Shown one piece after another: positions 51,118-60,208 of a stretch of DNA of 64,000 nucleotides. Location: the NCBI GenBank assembly GCA_021850545.1, contig JAJZLU010000035.1, positions 114,557 to 178,556 of the forward strand. Direction: 5' to 3'. Origin of the DNA: Thermoplasmata archaeon. GTDB taxonomy: Archaea; Thermoplasmatota; Thermoplasmata; Thermoplasmatales; Thermoplasmataceae. A program made the position numbers and the translations under genes. The stretch's first letter is position 1. Every line of letters begins with the position of its first letter. The notes below the pieces were generated by a model. The model worked only from the letters and a program-made list of their open reading frames with translations, was not told the origin of the DNA and did no database searches.

Positions 51118-52126
51118 CCTTACCTCCACTCCTCTGGCCTTCCTTCTGCCTCTGGTACTGTGGCCGATCCCTCCTTTCATGGTGCCCGAATTTTGTAACC
51201 TGGGGCTTTGGCTTCACTTCCTTCCTGGCCTCTTTGGTCTTTTGCTTCATTTGGCCAGGATTTTCCAGAAGGACCCTGTCAAAGTCCACGACCTTGAGGT
51301 CCCTGATTTCATCAAAATTTACCAGCATAATGCCGGTTCCGACGAGTTCGTTGTTTTCGGAAATGACTGCAACCCTTTCTCCTTTAGATGGCGTGCCTAT
51401 AATTGCGCGAATGCCTCCTGGATAAAGGTCAGAGCCGCGGGAAATGTTCGCTAGTGATGATTTCTTGACAATTATCTTGGGGTATTCCCTGAAAAGGTAA
51501 TCCATAGAAAATATCAGCTGCGCGAGTTTCTCAGGGCTTCCGCTGTCAGAGAGTTTCTTTGCATCTGCCACATCCTGCAGGGTCACGAGATCCGATTCCT
51601 GGAAAACTCCGGTCCTTGTGCGGCGAAGCTCTGCCATCTGGGCGCCTACACCCAGGGTGTAGCCGAGGTCCGTGCAGAGTGTCCTGATATATGTCCCAGA
51701 ATCACAAACGACCCTGAATAAGACGAGCCTGGAGCTAATTTCGAGTATCTCAAGCTTGTGTATTGTCCTCTTCCTAAGTGTTCTTGCAACTGCAGCCCTC
51801 ATGGGGGGAATCTGGTAAATCTCACCTTCATATTCATGGAAAGCTTCCCTGAGATTTTCATCGGTCACGTCCCCATAGAGCCTCATGACACAAACATATT
51901 CCTTCTTCTGTTCATGTGCGATATCAATAAGTTTGGTGGCTTTTCCAAGCGCCATTACCAATACACCGGTTACGCCTGGATCAAGAGTCCCAATATGGCC
52001 AACCCTTTCCATGCCCAGAATCTGCCTTACCCAGTAATCAACCTGATGGCTCGTGGGGCCCTTGGGTTTGTCAATAACTATAAAGCCATCCAGTTCACTG
52101 GAGCTTTTTGATTCCTGAGCATTCAT
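51074..52126 (-). CDS. cbf5: H/ACA RNP pseudouridine synthase Cbf5 (TruB family) with a basic C-terminal tail
   Basis: IVIDKPKGPTSHQV and catalytic HIGTLDPGVTGVL, a PUA-like region, then a K/R/Q-rich tail. 350 aa. Confidence 0.9.
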   Translation of the reverse strand: MNAQESKSSSELDGFIVIDKPKGPTSHQVDYWVRQILGMERVGHIGTLDPGVTGVLVMALGKATKLIDIAHEQKKEYVCVMRLYGDVTDENLREAFHEYEGEIYQIPPMRAAVARTLRKRTIHKLEILEISSRLVLFRVVCDSGTYIRTLCTDLGYTLGVGAQMAELRRTRTGVFQESDLVTLQDVADAKKLSDSGSPEKLAQLIFSMDYLFREYPKIIVKKSSLANISRGSDLYPGGIRAIIGTPSKGERVAVISENNELVGTGIMLVNFDEIRDLKVVDFDRVLLENPGQMKQKTKEARKEVKPKPQVTKFGHHERRDRPQYQRQKEGQRSGGKDVRRREFRGQKKRR

Positions 52127-52637
52127 GTATGTGTTCTGCCACCTTTTGTGCAGAGAGGTTATCAGAGTTTATAACAAGATCGTAAATATCTGTAGTCCCG
52201 TAGTCAATTGAATAGAATTCCGCGTACCTCTTTGCCTCAGACTCCTCCCTTACCCTGAGAAGTGCCTCGAGATCTGATGCATTTCCTTCCCTCCTGGAAA
52301 TTCTGGAAACTCTCGTTGCCAGGGAAGCGGTGAGAAAAACCTTGAAAGCTTCAATATTGTTAAGATGACACATCCACCCTGCAAGCCTGGCCTCAACAAC
52401 AATGTTGTCATGTGATTTCAGAAAGTCAACAACCATCTGGTCCTGTTTCCTGTCAATCTCAGGATGGGATTCAGCATAGAGGTTGAATTCCTCGATTGTC
52501 ATTCCATGCTCACGGGCCTGTTCCCTGAAAAAATGGCCCCCGGAAAAAAACTGGTAGCCCATTGATCTGGCAAGAATCTTGCCAACAGTGGACTTCCCAC
52601 TCCCGATAGGCCCACTAATTGTAATCCGCATTTTCAA
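52095..52637 (-). CDS. cmk: Cytidylate kinase (archaeal type)
   Basis: P-loop ISGPIGSGKST. Conserved position between DUF106 and cbf5. Confidence 0.85.
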   Translation of the reverse strand: MKMRITISGPIGSGKSTVGKILARSMGYQFFSGGHFFREQAREHGMTIEEFNLYAESHPEIDRKQDQMVVDFLKSHDNIVVEARLAGWMCHLNNIEAFKVFLTASLATRVSRISRREGNASDLEALLRVREESEAKRYAEFYSIDYGTTDIYDLVINSDNLSAQKVAEHIHECSGIKKLQ

Positions 52638-53334
52638 TGGTTCTCTCGAGCTTCCTTACCTTGTAAGTGAAGTCGAAGATCTTGATCACCATGGTTGTCA
52701 GGTATCCGAACACCAGGATTACAACAAAATAGACCATAATCCAGTAAGGAAACATCCAGAAATGCGCGGTTGCGACATTGACCTCGTAATTCCATGGGAA
52801 TGCAATGACCTGGTATGCAAGCGCATCTAGGAAGAAGTACAGCCACGCAATGAGCAGGAGCGTAAATATGGTGAAGACCATGAGCGGTTTCATTGTGTTC
52901 ATGCTCAGGCTAGTCTGTTCCATAGACATATCCATCCTCATTTTCTGCAGCTTCTGGATCTTGTCCTTCTGCTGGCTCTTGTAGGCCTGATTCATCGCCT
53001 TGTTGAATTCCCTCATGCGGTTCTGCATCTTTCCCATTTTGAGCCAGTCGGTGAAGACGTACCTTGGAATTGATGTTATAAGGCCAATCAGCACCCCCAC
53101 AAGCACGATGGTGAGAAGCGGGAACTGGAAATTGAAGCCCAAAAGCGGCATCAGGACCACACCGAAATAGGTACCGATGTAACCCCTCAGTGTGCCATTT
53201 GTGATCACGATAATAGAGCCGAAGCTGATGACCATGTAAATCATCTGGAACCTCAGCATCTTTGACATTGCTTCCTGCTGCGGATTCCTCTGCATTCTTG
53301 GCCTCTGTCCTTGAACTCCCTGTGGATCTGTCAT
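52615..53334 (-). CDS. DUF106 membrane protein (archaeal YidC/Oxa1/EMC3-like insertase candidate)
   Basis: TM, then a K/Q/M-rich coiled-coil loop, then TM-TM. Conserved position between adk and cmk in archaeal secY clusters. Confidence 0.75.
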   Translation of the reverse strand: MTDPQGVQGQRPRMQRNPQQEAMSKMLRFQMIYMVISFGSIIVITNGTLRGYIGTYFGVVLMPLLGFNFQFPLLTIVLVGVLIGLITSIPRYVFTDWLKMGKMQNRMREFNKAMNQAYKSQQKDKIQKLQKMRMDMSMEQTSLSMNTMKPLMVFTIFTLLLIAWLYFFLDALAYQVIAFPWNYEVNVATAHFWMFPYWIMVYFVVILVFGYLTTMVIKIFDFTYKVRKLERTIENADYN

Positions 53335-53882
53335 TATGGCATCAACCTCTTGACTATATTCTGTGCTGCTATGTCAGGTTTTCCCTCGACATTCTCGATA
53401 AATTTAACAGTGGCCCCAGTGTAAACGGAATATGCAGCCGCATAAGACCTGTTTATCTGCTGATGTTCTATGATATCGTCAATAGTATCTTCGTCCCTTT
53501 TCCTGGAGGGGTCGAGATTTCTTCTCTTCCTGATGAGATCAGCATTTGCCTCAATGAGGAAGTAAGAAGAAACTTTTAACTCTCTGAGGACCCATTCTGG
53601 AAGCCCGGGCATGTATCCATTGGGCGTCTTGATGGTCATATGTGTGTCCACCACAACATTGTCCATCTTTCCAATGGCTGCAGAAGCTTTCTTCTGGAGG
53701 TTTATTTGCGTGTCAACCGGAAGTTTCCTCAGTTCATCCCTGTCTTTTACAAGACCAACAGCTTCAGCCATTTCAAACATGAGGGTGCCAAAATTGATAA
53801 TGTCGTAGTTTGTCTTTTTCTTTACAATGTCCAGGACAGTGGATTTGCCTACCCCTGCGACACCAGTTATTACAACTCGCAA
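53334..53882 (-). CDS. adkA: Adenylate kinase (archaeal type)
   Basis: VVITGVAGVGKSTV P-loop. 182 aa, directly after secY. Confidence 0.9.
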   Translation of the reverse strand: MRVVITGVAGVGKSTVLDIVKKKTNYDIINFGTLMFEMAEAVGLVKDRDELRKLPVDTQINLQKKASAAIGKMDNVVVDTHMTIKTPNGYMPGLPEWVLRELKVSSYFLIEANADLIRKRRNLDPSRKRDEDTIDDIIEHQQINRSYAAAYSVYTGATVKFIENVEGKPDIAAQNIVKRLMP

Positions 53883-55655
53883 TTAACCACCTACGAAGAA
53901 CTGCCTTATCACTGGATGCATTTCCATCATCTGTTCCTTGCCCATTGCCTCGTAGAACTGAATTACTATACCCACTGCCAGAAGAAGCCCTGTACCACTG
54001 GTATTTCCAACCGTACCAATGAGGTTTGCCCCTGCGGCAAGAAGCCCTACGGCCGCACCACTGAAAACAGTGATGGCCGGGATGTATTTCTGCAGGACTT
54101 TTTCAATGACCTTCGGGTCCCTCCTGAAACCAGGTATCTGCATTCCGCTTGACATGATCTGCCGCGCAACCGAGGATGGGCCCATGTTTGTGGTCTCAAT
54201 CCAGAACTTTGCGAAAATAATACTTGCAATGACCATAAACCCAAGGAACACAATCACATGCACCGCCTCCTGGAACGCCGAGTGGCCAAGGAGAATATTT
54301 GCAGCGGAACCGGGCTCAAGTATTGGGAACAGCCAATCAGACAAACCATTGGGCGAAAAGAGGTAGTATGCGAGTCCGCCTGTTGGGGTAGTCTGTGAGA
54401 TGTTGAACTGGGCCACCTGAGCCGCCGTGGGATATGAGCCAAGGAGGGCATTATGGCCAAGCAACGGAACATGGCTTAGCACAGGGCTACTCCAGAACAG
54501 GAGAGTCCACATGGAAACGTTAGCTAGCAACGCGGTTGCAAGGATAACGGGTATGTTTGACGCATAGAACAGCTGAAGGGGATACCTTCCCCTTGCTCCC
54601 CTGACCCTTTCATGCGCAATAGGAAGCTCTATCTTGCTGCTCTGGAAGTATGCAACTATGAAGAATATGAGCAGTGTCCCGAGAAGCGCAATGATGGGGT
54701 TTGGAATGCCGCCAGGTATTCCGAAGAGGATCTGCGGAAGGCCTGTCTGTATGAAATATGCGGAACTTGAGTGCATGATTATGTAAATTGTCTTTGGTAT
54801 TGCACCAGCGGGCGGGTTTGCAAGGGAAAGCACTGCGCTGCCTGATACTGGAATCCAGTTGATAGTTCCAGTAATCAGTTGCTGTGATACGCCGGCTGCA
54901 ATGAATAGGGAAATTCCGGATCCGATCCCATACTTGGAAACGACCTCATCCATGAGGAACACAAGGTATGAACCGAAGAAAAGTTGAAGGATAATGATGG
55001 CCTGGGACAGGAAACCTCCGTATCCGGGGGCGAAACCGTTGAGCCTTGAGACCAGTGAAGCATCAGGAACAAGGTACCCAAATGCCTGGGGGATAGCCTC
55101 CACGAATATCATGATAATGACGAGAAGCTTCTGTACGCCCTGGTAAACAGCCCTGTCCTGTGAGTCCTGGAGATCAATGTTGAAAATCTTTGCTCCTGCG
55201 AAAAGCTGCATAACTATGGACGCAGTGACTATAGGACCTATACCCAGTGCCATGAGTGAACCCTGGGCACCCGCGAAAATGGCCCTGAAGGACGCGAAAA
55301 CATCCACAGACTGCGTCACATTCAGCCCGTATATGTAAATATTAGTGAGAGCGAAATAGAGAATGACAATGAGGGCGGTCCACATCAGCTTGTACTTAAA
55401 CTGTACATGCCCCTTTGCCTTCTTGACTGCCGGCAGCTTAGAGGTCAGGTATTCGAGCCCGTAGAGCTTGCTCTGTTTCGGCCCAACATAACTCAATACC
55501 AGATAAGCAAGTGCAAATAGCGGGGATATTAGAAGCCCCGCAATGAAGAGTTTGAGCCCCGTATAGTGGTTAAAATACCAGAATGCTGCCAGCACTATGG
55601 CAAATATTACCACTATGGGAAAGGCTGCCCCTTTATTCCTCTGAACCGTTGCCAT
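53883..55655 (-). CDS. secY: Protein translocase subunit SecY (long form)
   Basis: LPAVKKAKGHVQFKYKLMWT canonical N-terminal motif at about residue 73, then 10 TM core segments. 590 aa if the ATG at 55655 is used. Confidence 0.9.
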   Translation of the reverse strand: MATVQRNKGAAFPIVVIFAIVLAAFWYFNHYTGLKLFIAGLLISPLFALAYLVLSYVGPKQSKLYGLEYLTSKLPAVKKAKGHVQFKYKLMWTALIVILYFALTNIYIYGLNVTQSVDVFASFRAIFAGAQGSLMALGIGPIVTASIVMQLFAGAKIFNIDLQDSQDRAVYQGVQKLLVIIMIFVEAIPQAFGYLVPDASLVSRLNGFAPGYGGFLSQAIIILQLFFGSYLVFLMDEVVSKYGIGSGISLFIAAGVSQQLITGTINWIPVSGSAVLSLANPPAGAIPKTIYIIMHSSSAYFIQTGLPQILFGIPGGIPNPIIALLGTLLIFFIVAYFQSSKIELPIAHERVRGARGRYPLQLFYASNIPVILATALLANVSMWTLLFWSSPVLSHVPLLGHNALLGSYPTAAQVAQFNISQTTPTGGLAYYLFSPNGLSDWLFPILEPGSAANILLGHSAFQEAVHVIVFLGFMVIASIIFAKFWIETTNMGPSSVARQIMSSGMQIPGFRRDPKVIEKVLQKYIPAITVFSGAAVGLLAAGANLIGTVGNTSGTGLLLAVGIVIQFYEAMGKEQMMEMHPVIRQFFVGG

Positions 55656-56073
55656 CAGTCTCTACCGTTATTCCCAGAGGGGAAAGCTTGTTTAATGCCT
55701 TTTCGGTTGCCTTGCTCACAATGATGGTGGACTTTTCCTTGAATGTACCAGAACCAAGCAGCTTTGTGAAGCCAGCCTTTGTCAGGTCAATCTTCAGTTT
55801 CTTGCCCTCCATTGTGGCATAGCCCTCCTGTTTGAAATAGTCAAGTTTGGCTGAAAGCTCATTGAGTGTAAGGGGGATGTCTCCCAATCCCGGATGGTGG
55901 CTTGTGAACCCATGTACACCGAAGTGATTGCGGTCGTACTTGAGAAGCCAGACTGACCTGTGTTTGCCAAGGCCAGCCATTCCCTTGCCTCCTCTCTTTC
56001 CTTTACCTCTTCCAGACTTCATTCCGCGGCCGTAATGGCCACCTCTGAGTTTCTTAGTTCTCGTTCGTACCAT
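55633..56073 (-). CDS. rpl15: 50S ribosomal protein L15 (uL15)
   Basis: KKLRGGHYGRGMKSGRGKGKRGGKG N-terminus. Conserved order. Confidence 0.9.
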   Translation of the reverse strand: MVRTRTKKLRGGHYGRGMKSGRGKGKRGGKGMAGLGKHRSVWLLKYDRNHFGVHGFTSHHPGLGDIPLTLNELSAKLDYFKQEGYATMEGKKLKIDLTKAGFTKLLGSGTFKEKSTIIVSKATEKALNKLSPLGITVETDGNGSEE

Positions 56074-56551
56074 TTAAATCCACTCCCGGCTTAAGCATCT
56101 TCAGGATGAGCCTGTTGATGTCCTTTCCTCTGTAGCCTGCTGAACCTCCCTGGTTGAATGGTTTCCTGATGGCTTCATAACCACCCTTTGGAGGGTTCAG
56201 TCTTACAACAGGAACTATGTCCCTGATGTCCTTGTACTTTAACTTTCCCTGTTGGAGTGCCTCTGCAAGGTCTTTATAGCTCTTGTACCCAGTGGTTTCC
56301 TTGAGTTCCTCTTCATCAAGGTACTCGTGGCCCTTGAGCTGTGACCGGTATTTGAGCACCATTTCAATAGTGGAATCTTCCACTTCGCCCCATGTCACAT
56401 AGTCCTTTGCAACCTTGAGCATTCCCCTGTTGATTTCATTGTCTTCGATCAGAACCATGTGGTTGACCCTGTGCAGCCTCATGAGGTATGCCGTCTTGGC
56501 TGCCTGGGGCCTGATCCCTGTTTCTCCCCTAATTCTTATCACTGCTAGCAC
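56054..56551 (-). CDS. rpl30: 50S ribosomal protein L30 (uL30)
   Basis: MLAVIRIRG N-terminus. Conserved order. Confidence 0.9.
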   Translation of the reverse strand: MLAVIRIRGETGIRPQAAKTAYLMRLHRVNHMVLIEDNEINRGMLKVAKDYVTWGEVEDSTIEMVLKYRSQLKGHEYLDEEELKETTGYKSYKDLAEALQQGKLKYKDIRDIVPVVRLNPPKGGYEAIRKPFNQGGSAGYRGKDINRLILKMLKPGVDLNGTNEN

Positions 56552-57197
56552 TGGCTACACTCCCCACATATATTGGCGTTGTAAGATTCAACGCTGGATT
56601 TACCTTCATCTTGGCTGTCCCCTTCATGGCATCGAATACTGCAAGTGAGTAATTCACTGTGGTCTTTGTATGGCCTAATGCGAATCCCCATACATCATCA
56701 ATGCCGGCCATTCTCAGGACGATCTTGGCAATGTCTCCAACTGCCCTACCTACACCCTGTGGTGCAGGTTTGATTGTAACCTCAACTGAACCGGATTTTC
56801 CGACGACCATGAATGGCAGGCTGTGCGCCCTTCCACATCCACATTCCCAGGAACCGCAGCCTCTCCTGATTTCCAGGATGTTCAGTTTTGCATTGTTGAT
56901 TGCTTTCCTAATAGCAGGTGCAGCCTCCTTGGCCTTCCCCCTGCCGACACCGATGAATCCGTCCTCATTTCCCACCACTGCGGTGACTGAGTAGTTCATT
57001 CTTCGTCCAGAGTCTGTCATCCTCTGGGCACGTTCAATGTCGATTACCTCATCCTTAAGTTCAGGAAGCAGGTAGTCAACTATCTGGTATTCCTTAAGTG
57101 GCAGTTTTGTCCTCAGGGCTTCAGACATGGTCTTTATCTCACCTGAGGCGACCATTTTGCCAAGTTGGGTTCTCGGAACCCAGGTTTCATCGCTCAT
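56529..57197 (-). CDS. rps5: 30S ribosomal protein S5 (uS5)
   Basis: dsRBD plus S5 C-terminal domain sequence (VVGNEDGFIGVGRGKAKE). Conserved order. Confidence 0.95.
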   Translation of the reverse strand: MSDETWVPRTQLGKMVASGEIKTMSEALRTKLPLKEYQIVDYLLPELKDEVIDIERAQRMTDSGRRMNYSVTAVVGNEDGFIGVGRGKAKEAAPAIRKAINNAKLNILEIRRGCGSWECGCGRAHSLPFMVVGKSGSVEVTIKPAPQGVGRAVGDIAKIVLRMAGIDDVWGFALGHTKTTVNYSLAVFDAMKGTAKMKVNPALNLTTPIYVGSVASASSDKN

Positions 57198-57685
57198 AGT
57201 TTCTCCTCCAATAGTTTCTTGTAATCGTCAAGTTTCTGGGGAAGGGGCTTTTTCAGGTGTTCACCCGCAAGCCTCTTCTTGTCAGGAAAGATTTTCTTGT
57301 CATGGGGGATTTTGGCGCCCGCGTCAACATAGCCCTTAAGCACTGCAGATATTCTGCCGCCTTTGACTATGTTGTACATGCCTGTGTCAAGTACAGATTC
57401 ACCGACTTTCTTCTTCTTGGCCCTCAGGCCAGTTGCGAATCCGACCAGGTAGGCAACGGGAATGCTGTTTCCGTCCACCTCAAGCCCCAGTTTCTTCAGG
57501 GACCTTTCATTGACTGTTGCAAGGATCTTGTCTCCCTTTTCGTTATATTCAACGATCTGTGCGACTACTCCCTTGTTTGACGGCCTAACTACCAGCCTGG
57601 GAAGCCCTGATTTCAGTAGCTTCAGCCTTTTGTGGTAGTTGGTTACCCCGTCTCTTCTTCTCTTCATTACGCTGTATTTCATCAT
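57194..57685 (-). CDS. rpl18: 50S ribosomal protein L18 (uL18)
   Basis: KRRRDGVTNYHKRLKLL motif. Conserved order. Confidence 0.9.
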   Translation of the reverse strand: MMKYSVMKRRRDGVTNYHKRLKLLKSGLPRLVVRPSNKGVVAQIVEYNEKGDKILATVNERSLKKLGLEVDGNSIPVAYLVGFATGLRAKKKKVGESVLDTGMYNIVKGGRISAVLKGYVDAGAKIPHDKKIFPDKKRLAGEHLKKPLPQKLDDYKKLLEEKL

Positions 57686-58137
57686 TTTTCATCACCCAGG
57701 TTTCCCGATGACCTCATGTGAGATCTTAGCTGGGCTCTTGATTTGATAGTGCCTCCCTTGACCTGAAGGTAGAATTTCCTGTATGTCTTGGGATCTATCT
57801 TGTTCTCTGACTTGAGTGTCCTGAGCTCATCCCTGAGGGCACGGATTGTCTTCATCCACCTGTCCTTTCTTGGGAACCTTGCATATTTTGTTCCCCTGAT
57901 TGAACCGGGGCCTCTCCTCCTTTCCTTTGACCTCTGGACGACTCTCTTCTTTAGCCTTCCGTTTGAATTTCCCTTCTTCTGCTTGATCTGAATGACGTGC
58001 CTGTTAATCAGTTCCCTGATATCAGACCTGGATGCAGCCTCGTCCACCTGGTCAAGGCTGTTGGTGTCGATCCAGACTCTGGATATTCCGGACTTGAATT
58101 CCTCAGCTGCGATCCTTTTCGCTGTCTCTGGTTTCAT
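57682..58137 (-). CDS. rpl19e: 50S ribosomal protein L19e
   Basis: KRIAAEEFKSGISRVWID N-terminus. Conserved order. Confidence 0.9.
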   Translation of the reverse strand: MKPETAKRIAAEEFKSGISRVWIDTNSLDQVDEAASRSDIRELINRHVIQIKQKKGNSNGRLKKRVVQRSKERRRGPGSIRGTKYARFPRKDRWMKTIRALRDELRTLKSENKIDPKTYRKFYLQVKGGTIKSRAQLRSHMRSSGNLGDEK

Positions 58138-58138
58138 C

Positions 58139-58546
58139 CTACTCCACCTCCGGGTTAAGTATCCTTACCTTGAGTTCTTCGGCCTTTTCCATTATTAGTT
58201 CCCTCTTCCTGGAGCCGACGGATGAACCGATTCTTGCTGCCTCTCTCAGAGGGTCAAGCTTCTCAAGGTCCTGTGGTGTAAATACAAGCACTTCCATGAA
58301 TCCTGATGGGTGAAGTCCCCTTACTGCCAATGGAGACCTGTATCCGGCATCCACAACGGGCGGCCTTCTTGCAAGGTGTTCCCTCTGCTTTGAGTGCTTT
58401 CCCCTTGGTTTTCGCCAGGAATCGCCAAGCTTCTTGTACCTGAACCATTCCTGCCTCCTGAATTCAACCCTCTTCACGGCACTCTGGTTCTTGATCCTGA
58501 GCAGTCTTTTCTCGTTCTCTGTGAGTTTCGGTTTAATGTATGCCAC
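58139..58546 (-). CDS. rpl32e: 50S ribosomal protein L32e
   Basis: [21 protein letters not shown] motif. Confidence 0.9.
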   Translation of the reverse strand: MAYIKPKLTENEKRLLRIKNQSAVKRVEFRRQEWFRYKKLGDSWRKPRGKHSKQREHLARRPPVVDAGYRSPLAVRGLHPSGFMEVLVFTPQDLEKLDPLREAARIGSSVGSRKRELIMEKAEELKVRILNPEVE

Positions 58547-58551
58547 TTATT

Positions 58552-59082
58552 TCACCCCTTCAGCATGTAGATTCCGTCCTGGAATACTCTCAGGTCGAAT
58601 CCCTTTATCTTTGTGGCTCTCTCAATGTTGGCAGCTGTTTCTCCAAGGTCTCTCCTGTCGATGCCTGTAAGAATGACCCTGTCACCCTTTACTGACACTT
58701 TTGTTGAACCCCTGATTTCTGCCGTTCTGGGGCTTCTTTCCCCAAGGAAATTTTCAACCACTACCTGGTTTCCTTTCACGGAGACCCTCATCGGGAAGTG
58801 GGTGTAATCGATCTTGAGTTCATATTCGAAGCCAGTTGTGACGCCATTGCAGAGGTTCTTGATTTCAGAAGCCCAGGTTCCAACTATCCCCCTGGACCTT
58901 TTGTTATCCTTGCTGACGTGTAACTTCAGCGTTTTTCCTTTCATGGACACTTTAACGTAATTGTCGTTCAGGATCCGTGAAGCCTCTCCCAGTTTTCCCT
59001 TGGCTTTCACTTCACCTTCCTTGACCGTAAGGGTAACCCCCTCCGGTATGTCGTATGTCCAGGTTTCCTTCCAGTCTGTCAT
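58552..59082 (-). CDS. rpl6: 50S ribosomal protein L6 (uL6)
   Basis: Two-domain L6 sequence. Conserved order. Confidence 0.95.
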   Translation of the reverse strand: MTDWKETWTYDIPEGVTLTVKEGEVKAKGKLGEASRILNDNYVKVSMKGKTLKLHVSKDNKRSRGIVGTWASEIKNLCNGVTTGFEYELKIDYTHFPMRVSVKGNQVVVENFLGERSPRTAEIRGSTKVSVKGDRVILTGIDRRDLGETAANIERATKIKGFDLRVFQDGIYMLKG

Positions 59083-59091
59083 CTAAATCAC

Positions 59092-59481
59092 CTAATAAAC
59101 GTAAGCCAGCAGCTTGCCTCCGAGTCCCTGTTTTCTGGCTTCTATATGGCTCATAACACCCTTCGTGGTTGTGAGTATAAGAATGCCAAAATCCTGGGCC
59201 GGCAGATACCTTGACTCATATCTTTCGAGGTTCATCTGCTTCACTGGCAGCCTGGGCTTTATTACTCCACAGTTGTTGATGGTATCGCTTAGGACTATCC
59301 TGAATTTACCCCCTCTGTTTTCGTCTACTACTTCGAAACTCTTGAGGTAGTTGTAGTCCTGCATAACCTTCAATACTCTCCCGATCAGCCTTGCGGCTGG
59401 CTCGGCCTCTATGACTCTCTTTCCTGTTCTTGATGCATTCTTGATGCTGTTGATTATATCATTAAGTGGGTCGTGCCTCAT
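59092..59481 (-). CDS. rps8: 30S ribosomal protein S8 (uS8)
   Basis: DPLNDIINSIKNA N-terminus. Conserved order. Confidence 0.95.
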   Translation of the reverse strand: MRHDPLNDIINSIKNASRTGKRVIEAEPAARLIGRVLKVMQDYNYLKSFEVVDENRGGKFRIVLSDTINNCGVIKPRLPVKQMNLERYESRYLPAQDFGILILTTTKGVMSHIEARKQGLGGKLLAYVY

Positions 59482-59490
59482 TGTTTCACC

Positions 59491-59652
59491 TCAGCTGTAC
59501 TTCCTGAATCCCAGTTCCGGTGCAGTATCCCTGAAACACTGCCTGCAAAGCCTCAGTCCGTATCTCCTGACCATTCCTCTCTTTCTTCCGCAGCGTACGC
59601 ATCCGTCTTTGTGACCGAAATTTTTCTTTGGTTCGAGCTTAATCTGTGACAT
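59491..59652 (-). CDS. rps14: 30S ribosomal protein S14 type Z (uS14)
   Basis: Not in the ORF track (53 aa). Hand translation: [53 protein letters not shown], with a CxxC...CxxC motif. Fills the S8-L5 gap. Confidence 0.9.
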   Translation of the reverse strand: MSQIKLEPKKNFGHKDGCVRCGRKRGMVRRYGLRLCRQCFRDTAPELGFRKYS

Positions 59653-59656
59653 TAGT

Positions 59657-60208
59657 TCACCTTAATACCTCAACCTGGAAGTTGTCCGATAGGAATTTCA
59701 TTGATTCTTCCTTTGGTATCCTGATGGCTGATGGAAGCCTCTTGGCGCCTATCTTTCTCCTCCGTATCCTGTAACCGCCTTTCCTTCTCACTACTACTGC
59801 AACGTCCAGCCCGAATATTCCAATATCCGGATCGTATTTCATTCCCTGGAATTCCGTATAGTCTGGAATGCCAAAGTACGCGTTTCCCTGCTTGTCAAAT
59901 GAGTAGTGCTGGATCTTGTTTTCTCTTGCATATAGAGCCCTTTTCAGGAAATCCTCTGCATCTTCGCCCCTCAGGGTAACCTTGGCGCCAATTTGCAGCC
60001 CTTTCCTGATGTTGAAATCTCTTACAGTCTTCTTTGAAGTGGTAAGAACAGGCTTGTGCTTAGTGAGCATTTCAATGACCTTTACTGCCTTGTTCAGGCG
60101 GTCTCCTGCCTGGCCAACTCCAATGTTGATCACAACCTTGTCCAGTGTAACTTCCTGCATCGGGTTCGCTTTTGGCTCGGCCTTTTTTGCTGCTTTCTTT
60201 GCTGGCAT
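59657..60208 (-). CDS. rpl5: 50S ribosomal protein L5 (uL5)
   Basis: [19 protein letters not shown]-terminus. Conserved order. Confidence 0.95.
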   Translation of the reverse strand: MPAKKAAKKAEPKANPMQEVTLDKVVINIGVGQAGDRLNKAVKVIEMLTKHKPVLTTSKKTVRDFNIRKGLQIGAKVTLRGEDAEDFLKRALYARENKIQHYSFDKQGNAYFGIPDYTEFQGMKYDPDIGIFGLDVAVVVRRKGGYRIRRRKIGAKRLPSAIRIPKEESMKFLSDNFQVEVLR

